Below are positions 37,604-46,840 of a DNA stretch of 64,000 nucleotides, piece after piece. Each line of letters opens with the position of its first letter. The first letter of the stretch is position 1. The notes beneath the pieces were generated by a model. It saw only the letters and a list, made by a program, of their open reading frames with translations, did not search any database and was not told the origin of the DNA. The DNA is from a virus, in IMG/VR virus record IMGVR_UViG_3300020474_001461, positions 1 to 64,000 of that record; one strand, given 5' to 3'. The translations under genes and the position numbers were made by a program.

Positions 37604-39015
37604 AAGTCAAATCTTTTTCGTGGTTTCCAATTTTCAAAACAACCATCTATTGCTTCAATAAACTTTTCACCCATTTTTTCTGATGCCATATCACCCTCAC
37701 CTACTACAAACTCGTGACCTAACATACCAACTCTTGATACTTCGTCTCTACCCATTTGGAAAAAACTATCGAGTTGTTCTGTTATATCATATGAGTCACA
37801 TCTATCATCGTATATATAAGGAGTAACAGGTGAACCCTGTAATGATAAATTTGTTGGCCATACAGGTTTTACCCATTCACCGTGTTCTAATTTATCTTTC
37901 CATTTTCTCCAATCATGAAGTGACCCAATTTCAACATAGTCTTCTTCTGTAAGTAATTTACCATCTTTTCTAAAACCACATTGGTCTTGTAGACCACCTG
38001 TAACATTTACGATTATAGGAGTACCCGCTCTTAATGCTTCACAAGAACCTAATCCAAACCCTTCGTTAGATGCGACATTTAAAACCACATCACACGCATT
38101 ATAATATAAATTCAGTACATCGGTTGGCCACGCGTCTTGAACAGTTGGAAGTTTTGTAAACTTATAATGACCATATTTACCACAGTGTTTGATAACTTCT
38201 GTTAAATCTGTACCATTATCATCAACCTGTTGAGTATGTAAAAGTAACATCATTTTTTTATCAGGATTCTTTTCTGCGAATCTACTAAATGCTTCAACTA
38301 CATCACCTGGCACTTTTCTACGAATATTTCTATTATTCCAACCAACAACAAAATCATATTGTTCTAATTTAAACTGTTGTTTGAAATCAAGTAATTTCGG
38401 GTCCATATCTGATAATGGTTTAAATAATGGTGAAACACCATGAGGAATATACTTATGGTTCCAATCTTCTTTTGCTAATCCTGTTTTTTGAAGTGTTCTT
38501 TTATTAATACCATAAGTTTGTTTTGATATACCTAATAACAAGTCACAACTTGCGTAGAATGGTGCGTTCCATAGTGGGTCAGGAAGTGAGTCCCAAATGT
38601 TATAATACATAATTGGACAAATTTGTCTAATTTCGTTTTCCATTTCATATAACCATCGCCAGAATCTTGGGTCTGTAAAGTGTAAGATTGCGTCAGGTTT
38701 TTCTATGTTGATTAATTCTCTTAATATGTCGGGATTACCATAACCCGTATTACAATATATCTTTACACTTGCGTCTTTGATTCCTGTAGTCTTTCTAACA
38801 TCATCGTCTAATATGAGTTGTTTACCTGATTCAGGATGTTTTAACGCTGCTCCTAATTGTACCCAATCATATTTGTGTACGGTTGACAATACAATCTCTT
38901 TTGATTGTGTTGCGATTCCACTATGTAATCGTAAATCGTCTGAAAGTAAAAGTATCTTAGGTTTCTTAACTTTGTCCTTAGATACCTTTTTTAGTTTTGG
39001 TAGTTCTATACTCAT
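37591..39015 (-). CDS. Glycosyltransferase family 4 (GT-B)
   Basis: NRNIRRK, NEGFGLGSCEA, TGGLQDQ. Confidence 0.9.
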   Translation of the reverse strand: MSIELPKLKKVSKDKVKKPKILLLSDDLRLHSGIATQSKEIVLSTVHKYDWVQLGAALKHPESGKQLILDDDVRKTTGIKDASVKIYCNTGYGNPDILRELINIEKPDAILHFTDPRFWRWLYEMENEIRQICPIMYYNIWDSLPDPLWNAPFYASCDLLLGISKQTYGINKRTLQKTGLAKEDWNHKYIPHGVSPLFKPLSDMDPKLLDFKQQFKLEQYDFVVGWNNRNIRRKVPGDVVEAFSRFAEKNPDKKMMLLLHTQQVDDNGTDLTEVIKHCGKYGHYKFTKLPTVQDAWPTDVLNLYYNACDVVLNVASNEGFGLGSCEALRAGTPIIVNVTGGLQDQCGFRKDGKLLTEEDYVEIGSLHDWRKWKDKLEHGEWVKPVWPTNLSLQGSPVTPYIYDDRCDSYDITEQLDSFFQMGRDEVSRVGMLGHEFVVGEGDMASEKMGEKFIEAIDGCFENWKPRKRFDLWKV

Positions 39016-39039
39016 CTGTAACTTCTTCTTTTATTTAAC

Positions 39040-39073
39040 TATAAATATACAAAAAAAATTAATTAAATCCTAT
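39040..39073 (-). promoter_or_regulatory. Promoter of the glycan island
   Basis: ATAGG-N19-TATATTTA overlapping TATTTATA. Confidence 0.5.
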
Positions 39074-39407
39074 TATATTCATCAGAAATTCTAACAATAT
39101 CATCTTCACCGAAATATGTACCTGTTTGAACTTCTATAAATTCAACGGGTTCATCTGTTTCGTTCCATGCTCTGTGTCTTGCTCCTAATGGTATTTTAAT
39201 TGTCTCACCATATTTTCTGAATACCTTTTCGTCATCTAAAACGATTGTTAACTCACCTTTTATCACGGTCCAACATTCCTGTCTTTTGTGATGATATTGA
39301 TAGGACAACTTTCTGTGAGGTTCTACGGTAATTCTTTTTACTTTTGTAGTGGGGTCATCTAATAATACCTCGTATCTACCCCAAGGTCTATATTCTATTT
39401 CATTCAT
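39063..39407 (-). CDS. Mannose-6-phosphate isomerase type II C-terminal cupin
   Basis: RPWG.Y, LSYQYHHKRQECW, IEVQTGTYFGEDDIVR. Confidence 0.9.
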   Translation of the reverse strand: MNEIEYRPWGRYEVLLDDPTTKVKRITVEPHRKLSYQYHHKRQECWTVIKGELTIVLDDEKVFRKYGETIKIPLGARHRAWNETDEPVEFIEVQTGTYFGEDDIVRISDEYNRI

Positions 39408-40396
39408 AATCTTAAAGTATTTTTAAAATTTTCAGTCCAAGTATCTACTTGGTATTTTTTAACTTTTTCTTGTTGTTTCTTTACCAACTCAATTCTTAAA
39501 TCAGGATTATTACATAAGTTTTCGTATTTTTCTAAAAACTCTTCAGTTGTTTTAAATCTAAGTTCATCAATTACAAATTCTCTATATGTTGTTGTGTCGT
39601 TATCGTGAACTAAATATGTAAGTCCTGAAAAGATACCTTCCATTAGTGAATATCCAAAGGTATCAACTTTTGCGAATGATAATCCAAAACCTGATTCACT
39701 TAATAACTTTAAATAAACCTCTTTAGAATGGTTAAAATAAAAGTTCTTAAAATCTTTTTGAACTTTACCTATATATGTGGTTGAACCTTGTGGACATGCT
39801 ATTGTTATTTTATCTTTCAGTTCATTTGGTAACTCAAGTAACATATCAACATTTTTATCTTTCATCAATCTATGAGAAAATAAAATCTTATCATTAATAA
39901 TTGGTTCTTGAATATTCATATGAACAGGTAAACCTAATACGTCTACATCATATGGAACTCTATTTTTCATTAATTGTGAACCAACTATGGTTTGTTTAGA
40001 CATTGACATGATAGCATCTTCATAATCAATGAACTGTTTCTGTTGACCTATTGCTCCATCTTGATGATTAGTAGCATGTACAATACCACCAAAAATGTTT
40101 GCGAATCCTGCATTTTGAATATCAAGTGAAAAGTCATCTAATAGATTACAATAAAATACTTTTTTAATTTCGTTTTTTCTTAACTCGGGTAATAAGTCTG
40201 AAATATATTTGTGTAGTTGTGATTTTCCTGGCAGATAACTATCTTCACCAAATTCATATTCTCCTGTAAAAAAGTTATAGTATTTATCAGGTACAAAAAA
40301 TATCTTTGATAGTAACTGATTCAGTTCTACTGCCCACTTATGATTAAAGAAGTGAGGTATAAATGCTATTGTACTAAACTCACTTTCTACTTTCAT
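39404..40396 (-). CDS. GT-B glycosyltransferase, candidate DNA-modifying enzyme
   Basis: GIVHA, ILFSHRL..DK, DTFGYSLMEG. Confidence 0.65.
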   Translation of the reverse strand: MKVESEFSTIAFIPHFFNHKWAVELNQLLSKIFFVPDKYYNFFTGEYEFGEDSYLPGKSQLHKYISDLLPELRKNEIKKVFYCNLLDDFSLDIQNAGFANIFGGIVHATNHQDGAIGQQKQFIDYEDAIMSMSKQTIVGSQLMKNRVPYDVDVLGLPVHMNIQEPIINDKILFSHRLMKDKNVDMLLELPNELKDKITIACPQGSTTYIGKVQKDFKNFYFNHSKEVYLKLLSESGFGLSFAKVDTFGYSLMEGIFSGLTYLVHDNDTTTYREFVIDELRFKTTEEFLEKYENLCNNPDLRIELVKKQQEKVKKYQVDTWTENFKNTLRL

Positions 40397-40665
40397 AACT
40401 CTTGTTGCATTTTAAGAAACGCCTTTACTTTATACAATAATGAACAAAATATTGCCAACCCCATTCCACCGATAAATAATCTTACATTTTCAGCAAATGG
40501 TTTGAATGCAAATCCATAAACCAACATGGCTACCATATCAAACCCAACCATTCCACCTGCGATACCTAAAATCATATCTTGAAACCTTTTACAAAGTATT
40601 ACTATTAAATTAGTAATTTGATATAATAGTATAAATGAACCTAAACCTAATAAAAAATCTTCCAT
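40393..40665 (-). CDS. Small 3-TM membrane protein
   Basis: Three hydrophobic segments. Confidence 0.6.
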   Translation of the reverse strand: MEDFLLGLGSFILLYQITNLIVILCKRFQDMILGIAGGMVGFDMVAMLVYGFAFKPFAENVRLFIGGMGLAIFCSLLYKVKAFLKMQQEL

Positions 40666-40668
40666 ATC

Positions 40669-41064
40669 TTATTGAACAAAACTTGCTTTTTTCTTCCACC
40701 TATTTAACAATCTGTTAAAGTGATTAAATTCTTTTCTTGTTATTTCACCAAAGTAAACTATCTTATCTGAATTGTGAACAATACAGTCATATTGGTGAAG
40801 TGGTTGTGTTGGATGATATGGTTTGTCATAATACTCATCTTCCATTCCGCTATATAAAGTTCTTGATGTATTTGCAGGATTATACTCTATATATTTCATA
40901 TTCATTTCTAAAGAATATTTTCTAACCCATTTTTCAATACCATCTTTTTTACCCCTTGTAACTATGATTAGGTCATTTCCAAACTTTTTATTTAACTTGA
41001 AAATTATATCTTTTATCTCTACTCTATTTTCATACGTCTCGTGACCTATCAACGCTACTCTCAT
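40669..41064 (-). CDS. SLOG/YspA-like (DUF2493-type) protein
   Basis: VALIGH..Y.N, IVTRG...G.E; start revised to MRVALIG. Confidence 0.55.
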   Translation of the reverse strand: MRVALIGHETYENRVEIKDIIFKLNKKFGNDLIIVTRGKKDGIEKWVRKYSLEMNMKYIEYNPANTSRTLYSGMEDEYYDKPYHPTQPLHQYDCIVHNSDKIVYFGEITRKEFNHFNRLLNRWKKKASFVQ

Positions 41065-41560
41065 ACTTGACCAATTCTTTTTGTACTTTCTTCCAATACC
41101 TTTTAGTTTGCTTTTTCTGTAATCCCTTCGGACCACCGTTCCAACACCTTGCGATTTCTTCATATGAACTATTTTTGTGATAATAATTGTAAATTACATA
41201 AAACATTTCTATTGACTTTGTTTCACTCCATCGGTCTTCTAACGTATAGAATTTATCAGAGTCAAATTTGTGAAGTAATCTATTTACTTCATTGACCATT
41301 ATAGGTCTTATTTGTAAAACACCAACCGCTTCTTCTCTTTTGGCGTATGCGTTTGGATTACCTTCTGATTCCACCTGTATCATAGAATGAATCAAATCTG
41401 AAATATCTCTCTCAGGTACTTTGAGAATCATGGGTACTGTTTCCACCTTTAGTTCTTTAATCGGTTTAGGGTCAAGACTTATTACAGGACTTACCCTTGG
41501 ATTTAATTCTTTACTTGAACTAACAAGAAGTAAAGAAACCCAAAACATTAATATTCTCAT
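41030..41560 (-). CDS. Lysozyme-like/lytic transglycosylase with N-terminal hydrophobic anchor
   Basis: IQVES.GNPNA, AVGVLQI, WNGGP. Confidence 0.8.
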   Translation of the reverse strand: MRILMFWVSLLLVSSSKELNPRVSPVISLDPKPIKELKVETVPMILKVPERDISDLIHSMIQVESEGNPNAYAKREEAVGVLQIRPIMVNEVNRLLHKFDSDKFYTLEDRWSETKSIEMFYVIYNYYHKNSSYEEIARCWNGGPKGLQKKQTKRYWKKVQKELVKYESSVDRSRDV

Positions 41561-41561
41561 A

Positions 41562-42503
41562 TTATATTCTTATACGTTCTTTTTTGTTACACAATTCACT
41601 ATCTTTGAAAGGACACCATTTACAGTTTTTACTGTTTTTACCTGCTAATGCAGGAAACTCACCAACTGTATTGTATGTCCCATCATCGTTAAAACTACTT
41701 TCAATAAATTTGTTAAAATTATTTACTATCTTATTTAACGTAGGTTTACCGTGAGGTGGTACAAATTCTTGTACCCTTTTTTGTGCAAACATTGCCTCTT
41801 CCCATAACTTTCTTTTTACGATAAAATACCTTACTTGTATTCTATCTAATGGATAACCATACTGTTCTGAGAAAAACTTTTTGTATAAAACTAATTGTGC
41901 GGTTTTTGTTTTGTCCGCTTTCTGCCACTTGTTCCAACCTCTTGTTGATGTTTTGATATCCCATATTTCAATGTTTCCATCACTATCTTCAAATACCAAG
42001 TCAAGGAAACCTTTCATCATGATTTCACTATCATCTGATACGGGATAATAAATAGGTAATTCTACACCAACAAGTTTCATATTACGAGTTGAAAAGTATG
42101 CAGACCGATTCTTTTTTAAGAAATCGAGTATTTGTATACCATCATCATAGAACTCATTCATTTCACTACGAGTGGTAAACTTAATTCCGTATATTGCCAT
42201 GGTCTTTTTGTACTCTTTAGTCATTTCTTCTAACAAGAGTCCATTAAGGTCCATTTCATTTGCTTTTGTTGCAGAGTCATTATACATAACCTGTAACCAA
42301 GATTGTATAGTCTCATGCATTGCTGTACCAAATAATAAATGTATAGATGGGTCAAAGTCTTTATGACCATCCATATAAGTTAGTTTCCACTGTTTAGGAC
42401 AGTTTGCCCACATTGTATATTGTGAGTAAGAAACCTTCTTATCATCTTTTCCCTCTTTGTGTACGGGAAAATTAAATATATTGGATACCATTGATTTTTT
42501 CAT
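41562..42503 (-). CDS. PD-(D/E)xK RecB/Cas4-like exonuclease
   Basis: SYSQ...CP, FGTAMHE, GFLD, DIKT, QLVLY, CKWCPF....C. Confidence 0.85.
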   Translation of the reverse strand: MKKSMVSNIFNFPVHKEGKDDKKVSYSQYTMWANCPKQWKLTYMDGHKDFDPSIHLLFGTAMHETIQSWLQVMYNDSATKANEMDLNGLLLEEMTKEYKKTMAIYGIKFTTRSEMNEFYDDGIQILDFLKKNRSAYFSTRNMKLVGVELPIYYPVSDDSEIMMKGFLDLVFEDSDGNIEIWDIKTSTRGWNKWQKADKTKTAQLVLYKKFFSEQYGYPLDRIQVRYFIVKRKLWEEAMFAQKRVQEFVPPHGKPTLNKIVNNFNKFIESSFNDDGTYNTVGEFPALAGKNSKNCKWCPFKDSELCNKKERIRI

Positions 42504-42508
42504 CTACC

Positions 42509-42564
42509 TAAAGATAATAAAAAGACTTGGAATTACCAAATCTTTTATGTTAATAAATTGTTAA
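42509..42564 (-). promoter_or_regulatory. Promoter with two TTAACA boxes
   Basis: TTAACA-N5-TTAACA-N7-TTTGG-N19-TATCTTTA. Confidence 0.7.
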
Positions 42565-42567
42565 ATT

Positions 42568-42978
42568 TTACTTAGCCCACTTCTTTCTTTGGACTATCTG
42601 TGCTATAACCCCATAAACACTCATATCTTCGTATGTATCTTGAATATTCTCACCAACTTCATCAGGTTGACCTAAAACTACTAATTGTTTTAGTCTTTGG
42701 ATTTTATCGTTCATTCTAAACCATAAACCTGTTAGTGATATTTTTATTTCATCATCAGTATCTAATTGAGAACCAACTGAAATGTTATCAGGTCCGTAAT
42801 TTCTTTGTTTTTTACAGAATGTCTCATACATTTCTTCTTGAATCTTTTTAAATTCAGCTGTAGTGTTTGGGTATAATCTTTCACAATATTCTATTGCAGA
42901 TTCTTCTACATTCCTTTTTTCCTCTCTTTCACCTGTCCACTCAACTTTATTTTTTCTTTCTTTTATTACTTCAGCCAT
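42568..42978 (-). CDS. DUF1599 / nucleotide-modification-associated domain (Nmad1-like)
   Basis: KKQRNYG, RMNDKIQRL, E...DT..D...Y. Confidence 0.7.
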   Translation of the reverse strand: MAEVIKERKNKVEWTGEREEKRNVEESAIEYCERLYPNTTAEFKKIQEEMYETFCKKQRNYGPDNISVGSQLDTDDEIKISLTGLWFRMNDKIQRLKQLVVLGQPDEVGENIQDTYEDMSVYGVIAQIVQRKKWAK

Positions 42979-43403
42979 TTCTTTATTTCTTTATCTTCTA
43001 TACCGTATTTTTTTATGATTTCGGTAATCTCATCTTTTGTTAGTATGTCAAGATATCCTATGATTTCTCTTTGAGATACTTCATAGTATTTTGACAAGTA
43101 GTTTAAGACATTTTCATTGTACTTACCTTCTTTTTTACCTTTTATGTACTTATCCCATGTCTTTTTCTGTGGAAGAACGTCAAAATATAATTTGTACACA
43201 TCTCGGGGTTTGAGTTGACCAATAGTATGTTTTTGTAACTCGTTTACCAACTCAATAAGATTAAGATTCATTGACAACCATCTATTTACAATAAATGGTG
43301 AGAATGTTTTCTTATCCATATCAGATAGAGTATTCCATGGAACCTTTTTTTCTTTGATTCCCGAAATATGTTCAAATATTGTTTTAGTCTTCTTTGTCAC
43401 CAT
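42966..43403 (-). CDS. Clamp loader small subunit (T4 gp62-like)
   Basis: FSPFIVNRWLSM; YYEVS.RE; clustered with the clamp and RFC genes. Confidence 0.75.
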   Translation of the reverse strand: MVTKKTKTIFEHISGIKEKKVPWNTLSDMDKKTFSPFIVNRWLSMNLNLIELVNELQKHTIGQLKPRDVYKLYFDVLPQKKTWDKYIKGKKEGKYNENVLNYLSKYYEVSQREIIGYLDILTKDEITEIIKKYGIEDKEIKKWLK

Positions 43404-43668
43404 TAATCAGTTCTTTTGGTGTAAATTTTGGATGAACTGTACCACAATTGTTACACAATACAACGGGTATCGGTAACATTGATGCTACACCATTTGGTGA
43501 TTGTACTGCTGGTACTTCTTTATACATTGTTACTTCGTCAAAGAAGATACCACCACATTCGGGACAATCTACAGTAGGTAACTTTCTTGGGTCTAATTTT
43601 AGACCTACCTGTTGTTGATTTGGTTGCCCACCTAAGTTTACAACTTTTCCTTTTCCTTTTTTTGCCAT
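43384..43668 (-). CDS. Zn-ribbon protein
   Basis: CPECG ... CNNCG. Confidence 0.65.
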   Translation of the reverse strand: MAKKGKGKVVNLGGQPNQQQVGLKLDPRKLPTVDCPECGGIFFDEVTMYKEVPAVQSPNGVASMLPIPVVLCNNCGTVHPKFTPKELINGDKED

Positions 43669-43670
43669 AA

Positions 43671-44591
43671 CTACTTTCCTATTGTTACTAAAATATTTAA
43701 TATCATCGCCATAATGTTGATTTCTTTATCAACAACCATTGAATCCTTGTACTGACCATCTGCGATGTTTAAAATAGTCTGTCCAACCTTACCTGATGCG
43801 TATTCATCTACCTCATCATATAACGCTCTATACAGTGGTTGAAAATCTTTAACTTTTGAATCAGCAATAATCTTTCTGATTTCATTAAATTGTTTTTTCA
43901 TTTCACCACCTGATTTCATCACATCAATCACATTGTCAACATAGTTTGCTTGAACTGTAGATGTTGTATCTATTTTCAACTCACCTTTGACAACCTGTCT
44001 TTGTGCTGCATTTAGAACTCTACGGATGTCAGGATACCCACCATTTACTAATACTGCAAGGTCTTCTTTATCAAACTTGACCTCTTCCTCGTTTAATATA
44101 TCAAACAATCTTTTTGCCACTTCCTTCTTTGAAGGTGGTGTTATTGCAAATGTCTGACAACGAGATTGAATCGGGTCGATAACTTTTTCTACATAGTTAC
44201 AAGTTAAAATAAATCTTGTAGACTTTGAAAAAGTTTCCATCAAGTTTCTAAGTGCTGCTTGTGCATTTGGTGTTAAATAATCTGCTTCATCTAATATGAT
44301 AACCTTCCACTTTCTGAAACCCATTGATGATGCGAATCCACGAATCTTATCACGAACTGCGTCAACAGAGTTTTCATCTGAGGCGTTTATATACATAACA
44401 TCACAATCAATCTGATTAGTGATTATCTTTGCGAGGGTAGTCTTACCTGTACCTGCTACTCCGTAAAGTAACAAGTGTGGTACATCCTCATTCTCAATGT
44501 ATATTTTTACCTTTTCTAAGATATGTTCATTTCCAACATATCCATCTAATGTATCGGGTCTATATTTTTCAACCCATAATGAATTACTCAT
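43671..44591 (-). CDS. Clamp loader large subunit (RFC/gp44-like AAA+)
   Basis: LWVEKYRP, GTGKTT, NASD, LDEAD, SRC. Confidence 0.95.
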   Translation of the reverse strand: MSNSLWVEKYRPDTLDGYVGNEHILEKVKIYIENEDVPHLLLYGVAGTGKTTLAKIITNQIDCDVMYINASDENSVDAVRDKIRGFASSMGFRKWKVIILDEADYLTPNAQAALRNLMETFSKSTRFILTCNYVEKVIDPIQSRCQTFAITPPSKKEVAKRLFDILNEEEVKFDKEDLAVLVNGGYPDIRRVLNAAQRQVVKGELKIDTTSTVQANYVDNVIDVMKSGGEMKKQFNEIRKIIADSKVKDFQPLYRALYDEVDEYASGKVGQTILNIADGQYKDSMVVDKEINIMAMILNILVTIGK

Positions 44592-44592
44592 A

Positions 44593-46083
44593 TTAAAAGA
44601 ATTTATTTGATGTAAAGTTTTGTGACCATTTAGGGTCTCTCTTAGACTCATCTAACGGGTCACCTTTGTAATCTATGTTTCCTGCTTCATCAATAATTTT
44701 CTTAACATCATCAATGTTTTCTTCAGGAATCCAAAGTTTAGTATAAATTTCATTTGGTGAATCTTTCACACCTCTTTCTAAACACCACTGTCTAATACCT
44801 TCCCATGCGTTACTTTTATGTAATGATGGGTGACTATTATACAAGATGTTCTTTTTATACCCATTACCCTGTAAGATATGATACAACCACTCTACTCCAT
44901 ATTTGGTTTTAGAAGTGTGTTTCTTCTTACTGTTTTCTAAACAATGAGTTAAATCACCGACAAGATTATTTTTAAAGTCTTCATCATGTGGTGGTAATTC
45001 CCAATCAAATTTCTTACCTTCAGGAATTTTATTTATTACGTCTACGAACTCATCTTTATTTGAGAAGTATAATGGATAATCTTCACCCAAAACATATTCA
45101 TAGGTTGGGTGTTTGAATGCCAAACTTGGTTTATTTAATCTAATTGCGTCTTGTACGGATAAGTTCCAAGTCATGTAATTATCAACAAAACACAAAGTAG
45201 CGTGAGACTGTTCAATCAAATTACGATATGCTCCACCACTTGGTAAATTCTTGACATACATCCATTTTGGTGCAGGTTTACCTGCCATAGGTTTCTTAGC
45301 GTTTTCATCAGTAACCCAAACTAACCACTCATCTCTATCAAGGTCTTCTGTATATTCAATAAGTTTATTGATACCTGTTGAATTATTCCATCTATGATTG
45401 AATAACAATATCTTTTTACCTTGTGCAGGATTAGGGAATGGTTCCGAATCAGGGAACTGTCCCACTCCTAATGGAAAATAGTTAATCTTATCATCCATGA
45501 CTTCGTCATTGATACCTTGAACTATGTAGTCTCTTTTGTCCCAATTAGATTTCATATAATCTTTTGATACAGGACAGTGGAAATATGATTTGTAAGACCA
45601 ATTGATTGCTTCAAGTTGTCTATAGAATCCTTCGGGATATCCATCTGTAACTCTACTCTTTGTACAGTCGACCCAATGGAAAAAGTTGAAACATTCTACT
45701 GTAAGACCATATCTTGAAGACATGATTGAATTTACAACATTATATAAAAGTTCAGGTTGGTGATTAAATATAAAGTCAAAATCTTGACCTCTCCAATCTG
45801 TAAGTTTGTTCAAGAGTTTACCGTTAAAGTATGCTCTATTCGATAAAACAGATTGAGTATAATCAAATGGCACTAATGTTACGTTTGGACCTAAATCAGG
45901 AATCGTGTTATTGGTAGGAACCAATATCGTATGGTGACACATTGGTAAAAACTTAATAGTCTTAACCATAACTTTATAGTTAGAATCACCATGATGTTGA
46001 AATTTAGGACCACTCCACCTAACAGGTGACATGATGTGTAGAACTCGTCTACCGTACAGTGGATGGTTGTAATCTTTAGTCAT
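44593..46083 (-). CDS. GT-B-like glycosyltransferase inside the replisome operon
   Basis: FIFNHQPE, FHW, LLFNHR, TWNLSVQDA; lies between clamp and clamp loader. Confidence 0.55.
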   Translation of the reverse strand: MTKDYNHPLYGRRVLHIMSPVRWSGPKFQHHGDSNYKVMVKTIKFLPMCHHTILVPTNNTIPDLGPNVTLVPFDYTQSVLSNRAYFNGKLLNKLTDWRGQDFDFIFNHQPELLYNVVNSIMSSRYGLTVECFNFFHWVDCTKSRVTDGYPEGFYRQLEAINWSYKSYFHCPVSKDYMKSNWDKRDYIVQGINDEVMDDKINYFPLGVGQFPDSEPFPNPAQGKKILLFNHRWNNSTGINKLIEYTEDLDRDEWLVWVTDENAKKPMAGKPAPKWMYVKNLPSGGAYRNLIEQSHATLCFVDNYMTWNLSVQDAIRLNKPSLAFKHPTYEYVLGEDYPLYFSNKDEFVDVINKIPEGKKFDWELPPHDEDFKNNLVGDLTHCLENSKKKHTSKTKYGVEWLYHILQGNGYKKNILYNSHPSLHKSNAWEGIRQWCLERGVKDSPNEIYTKLWIPEENIDDVKKIIDEAGNIDYKGDPLDESKRDPKWSQNFTSNKFF

Positions 46084-46092
46084 ATTTACTCC

Positions 46093-46788
46093 TTACTTTA
46101 TTTCTACTAAGTAGTAGTTAGAAGTGAAACCATCTTTTTCAAATGTTGCGAATGCAAGTCCTTGACTTGAAACTTTTAGAGAAGATGATTTTGCACCTTT
46201 GTTTGCGTTAAGAATTTCTTTTAGATATTTTGCTGAGAATGAGATTGGTTCGATATCACCATCACATTTACAGTTTACGTTAATAGAAATTCTGTTAGAA
46301 TTAATTTTTTGATACCCCAATACAACAGAACCTTTGTTGTTCTTACAAGAGAAAGTAAATGTATCTGATTCACTTAGTGCTCCCTTTGACTTTACGAATG
46401 TTGAAATAAATTCATTATCTAATGTAATTTCACCATTAAAGTCAGGTAGTTGTTTTAAATCAGGAACTACAGGAATAACAGATAAATCTGCTAACATATA
46501 ATTAACTGATGTCTTCTTATCTGAGAATACTAAAGATGCTTCACCTTTAGAAATCTCAATAGAAGAATCTAAAACACCTAACAACCCTTTAAGTTGTGAT
46601 GTTGTATAAATACCGAACTCCCCATTTGGAAATTCTTTATTTTCACTTTGGACACTTCCTAAAAGTGTCTTGTCGTCTGAAATAAAACTTACAGACATAC
46701 CTTCATCGGTTGAATTAATTTTAACCGATTCGACTTCACCACCGAGATTATATCGGGAAATGAAACCTTCAAACGAGTTTTTCTTCAT
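46093..46788 (-). CDS. DNA sliding clamp (gp45/PCNA-like)
   Basis: FGIYTTSQL..LL, ISFSAKYL, YYLV C-terminus; follows the polymerase gene. Confidence 0.8.
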   Translation of the reverse strand: MKKNSFEGFISRYNLGGEVESVKINSTDEGMSVSFISDDKTLLGSVQSENKEFPNGEFGIYTTSQLKGLLGVLDSSIEISKGEASLVFSDKKTSVNYMLADLSVIPVVPDLKQLPDFNGEITLDNEFISTFVKSKGALSESDTFTFSCKNNKGSVVLGYQKINSNRISINVNCKCDGDIEPISFSAKYLKEILNANKGAKSSSLKVSSQGLAFATFEKDGFTSNYYLVEIK

Positions 46789-46808
46789 GTTACTATTGTT
46801 TATTTTAA

Positions 46809-46840
46809 TTAATATACGAAATTTATTTTTAAAATCCAAA
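46809..46840 (-). promoter_or_regulatory. Bacteroidota-type promoter
   Basis: TTTGG-N19-TATATTAA. Confidence 0.65.

Noticed and set aside
40669-41163. Long overlaps implied by track starts (also 16037-16306, 43671-44651, 1403-1873, 46093-46839)
   Set aside because: Downstream ATGs give normal short overlaps and match the domain starts; these are longest-ORF artefacts.
41562-42503. Cas4-like nuclease as part of a CRISPR-Cas system
   Set aside because: No array or other cas genes; stand-alone RecB/Cas4-like exonucleases are common in phages.
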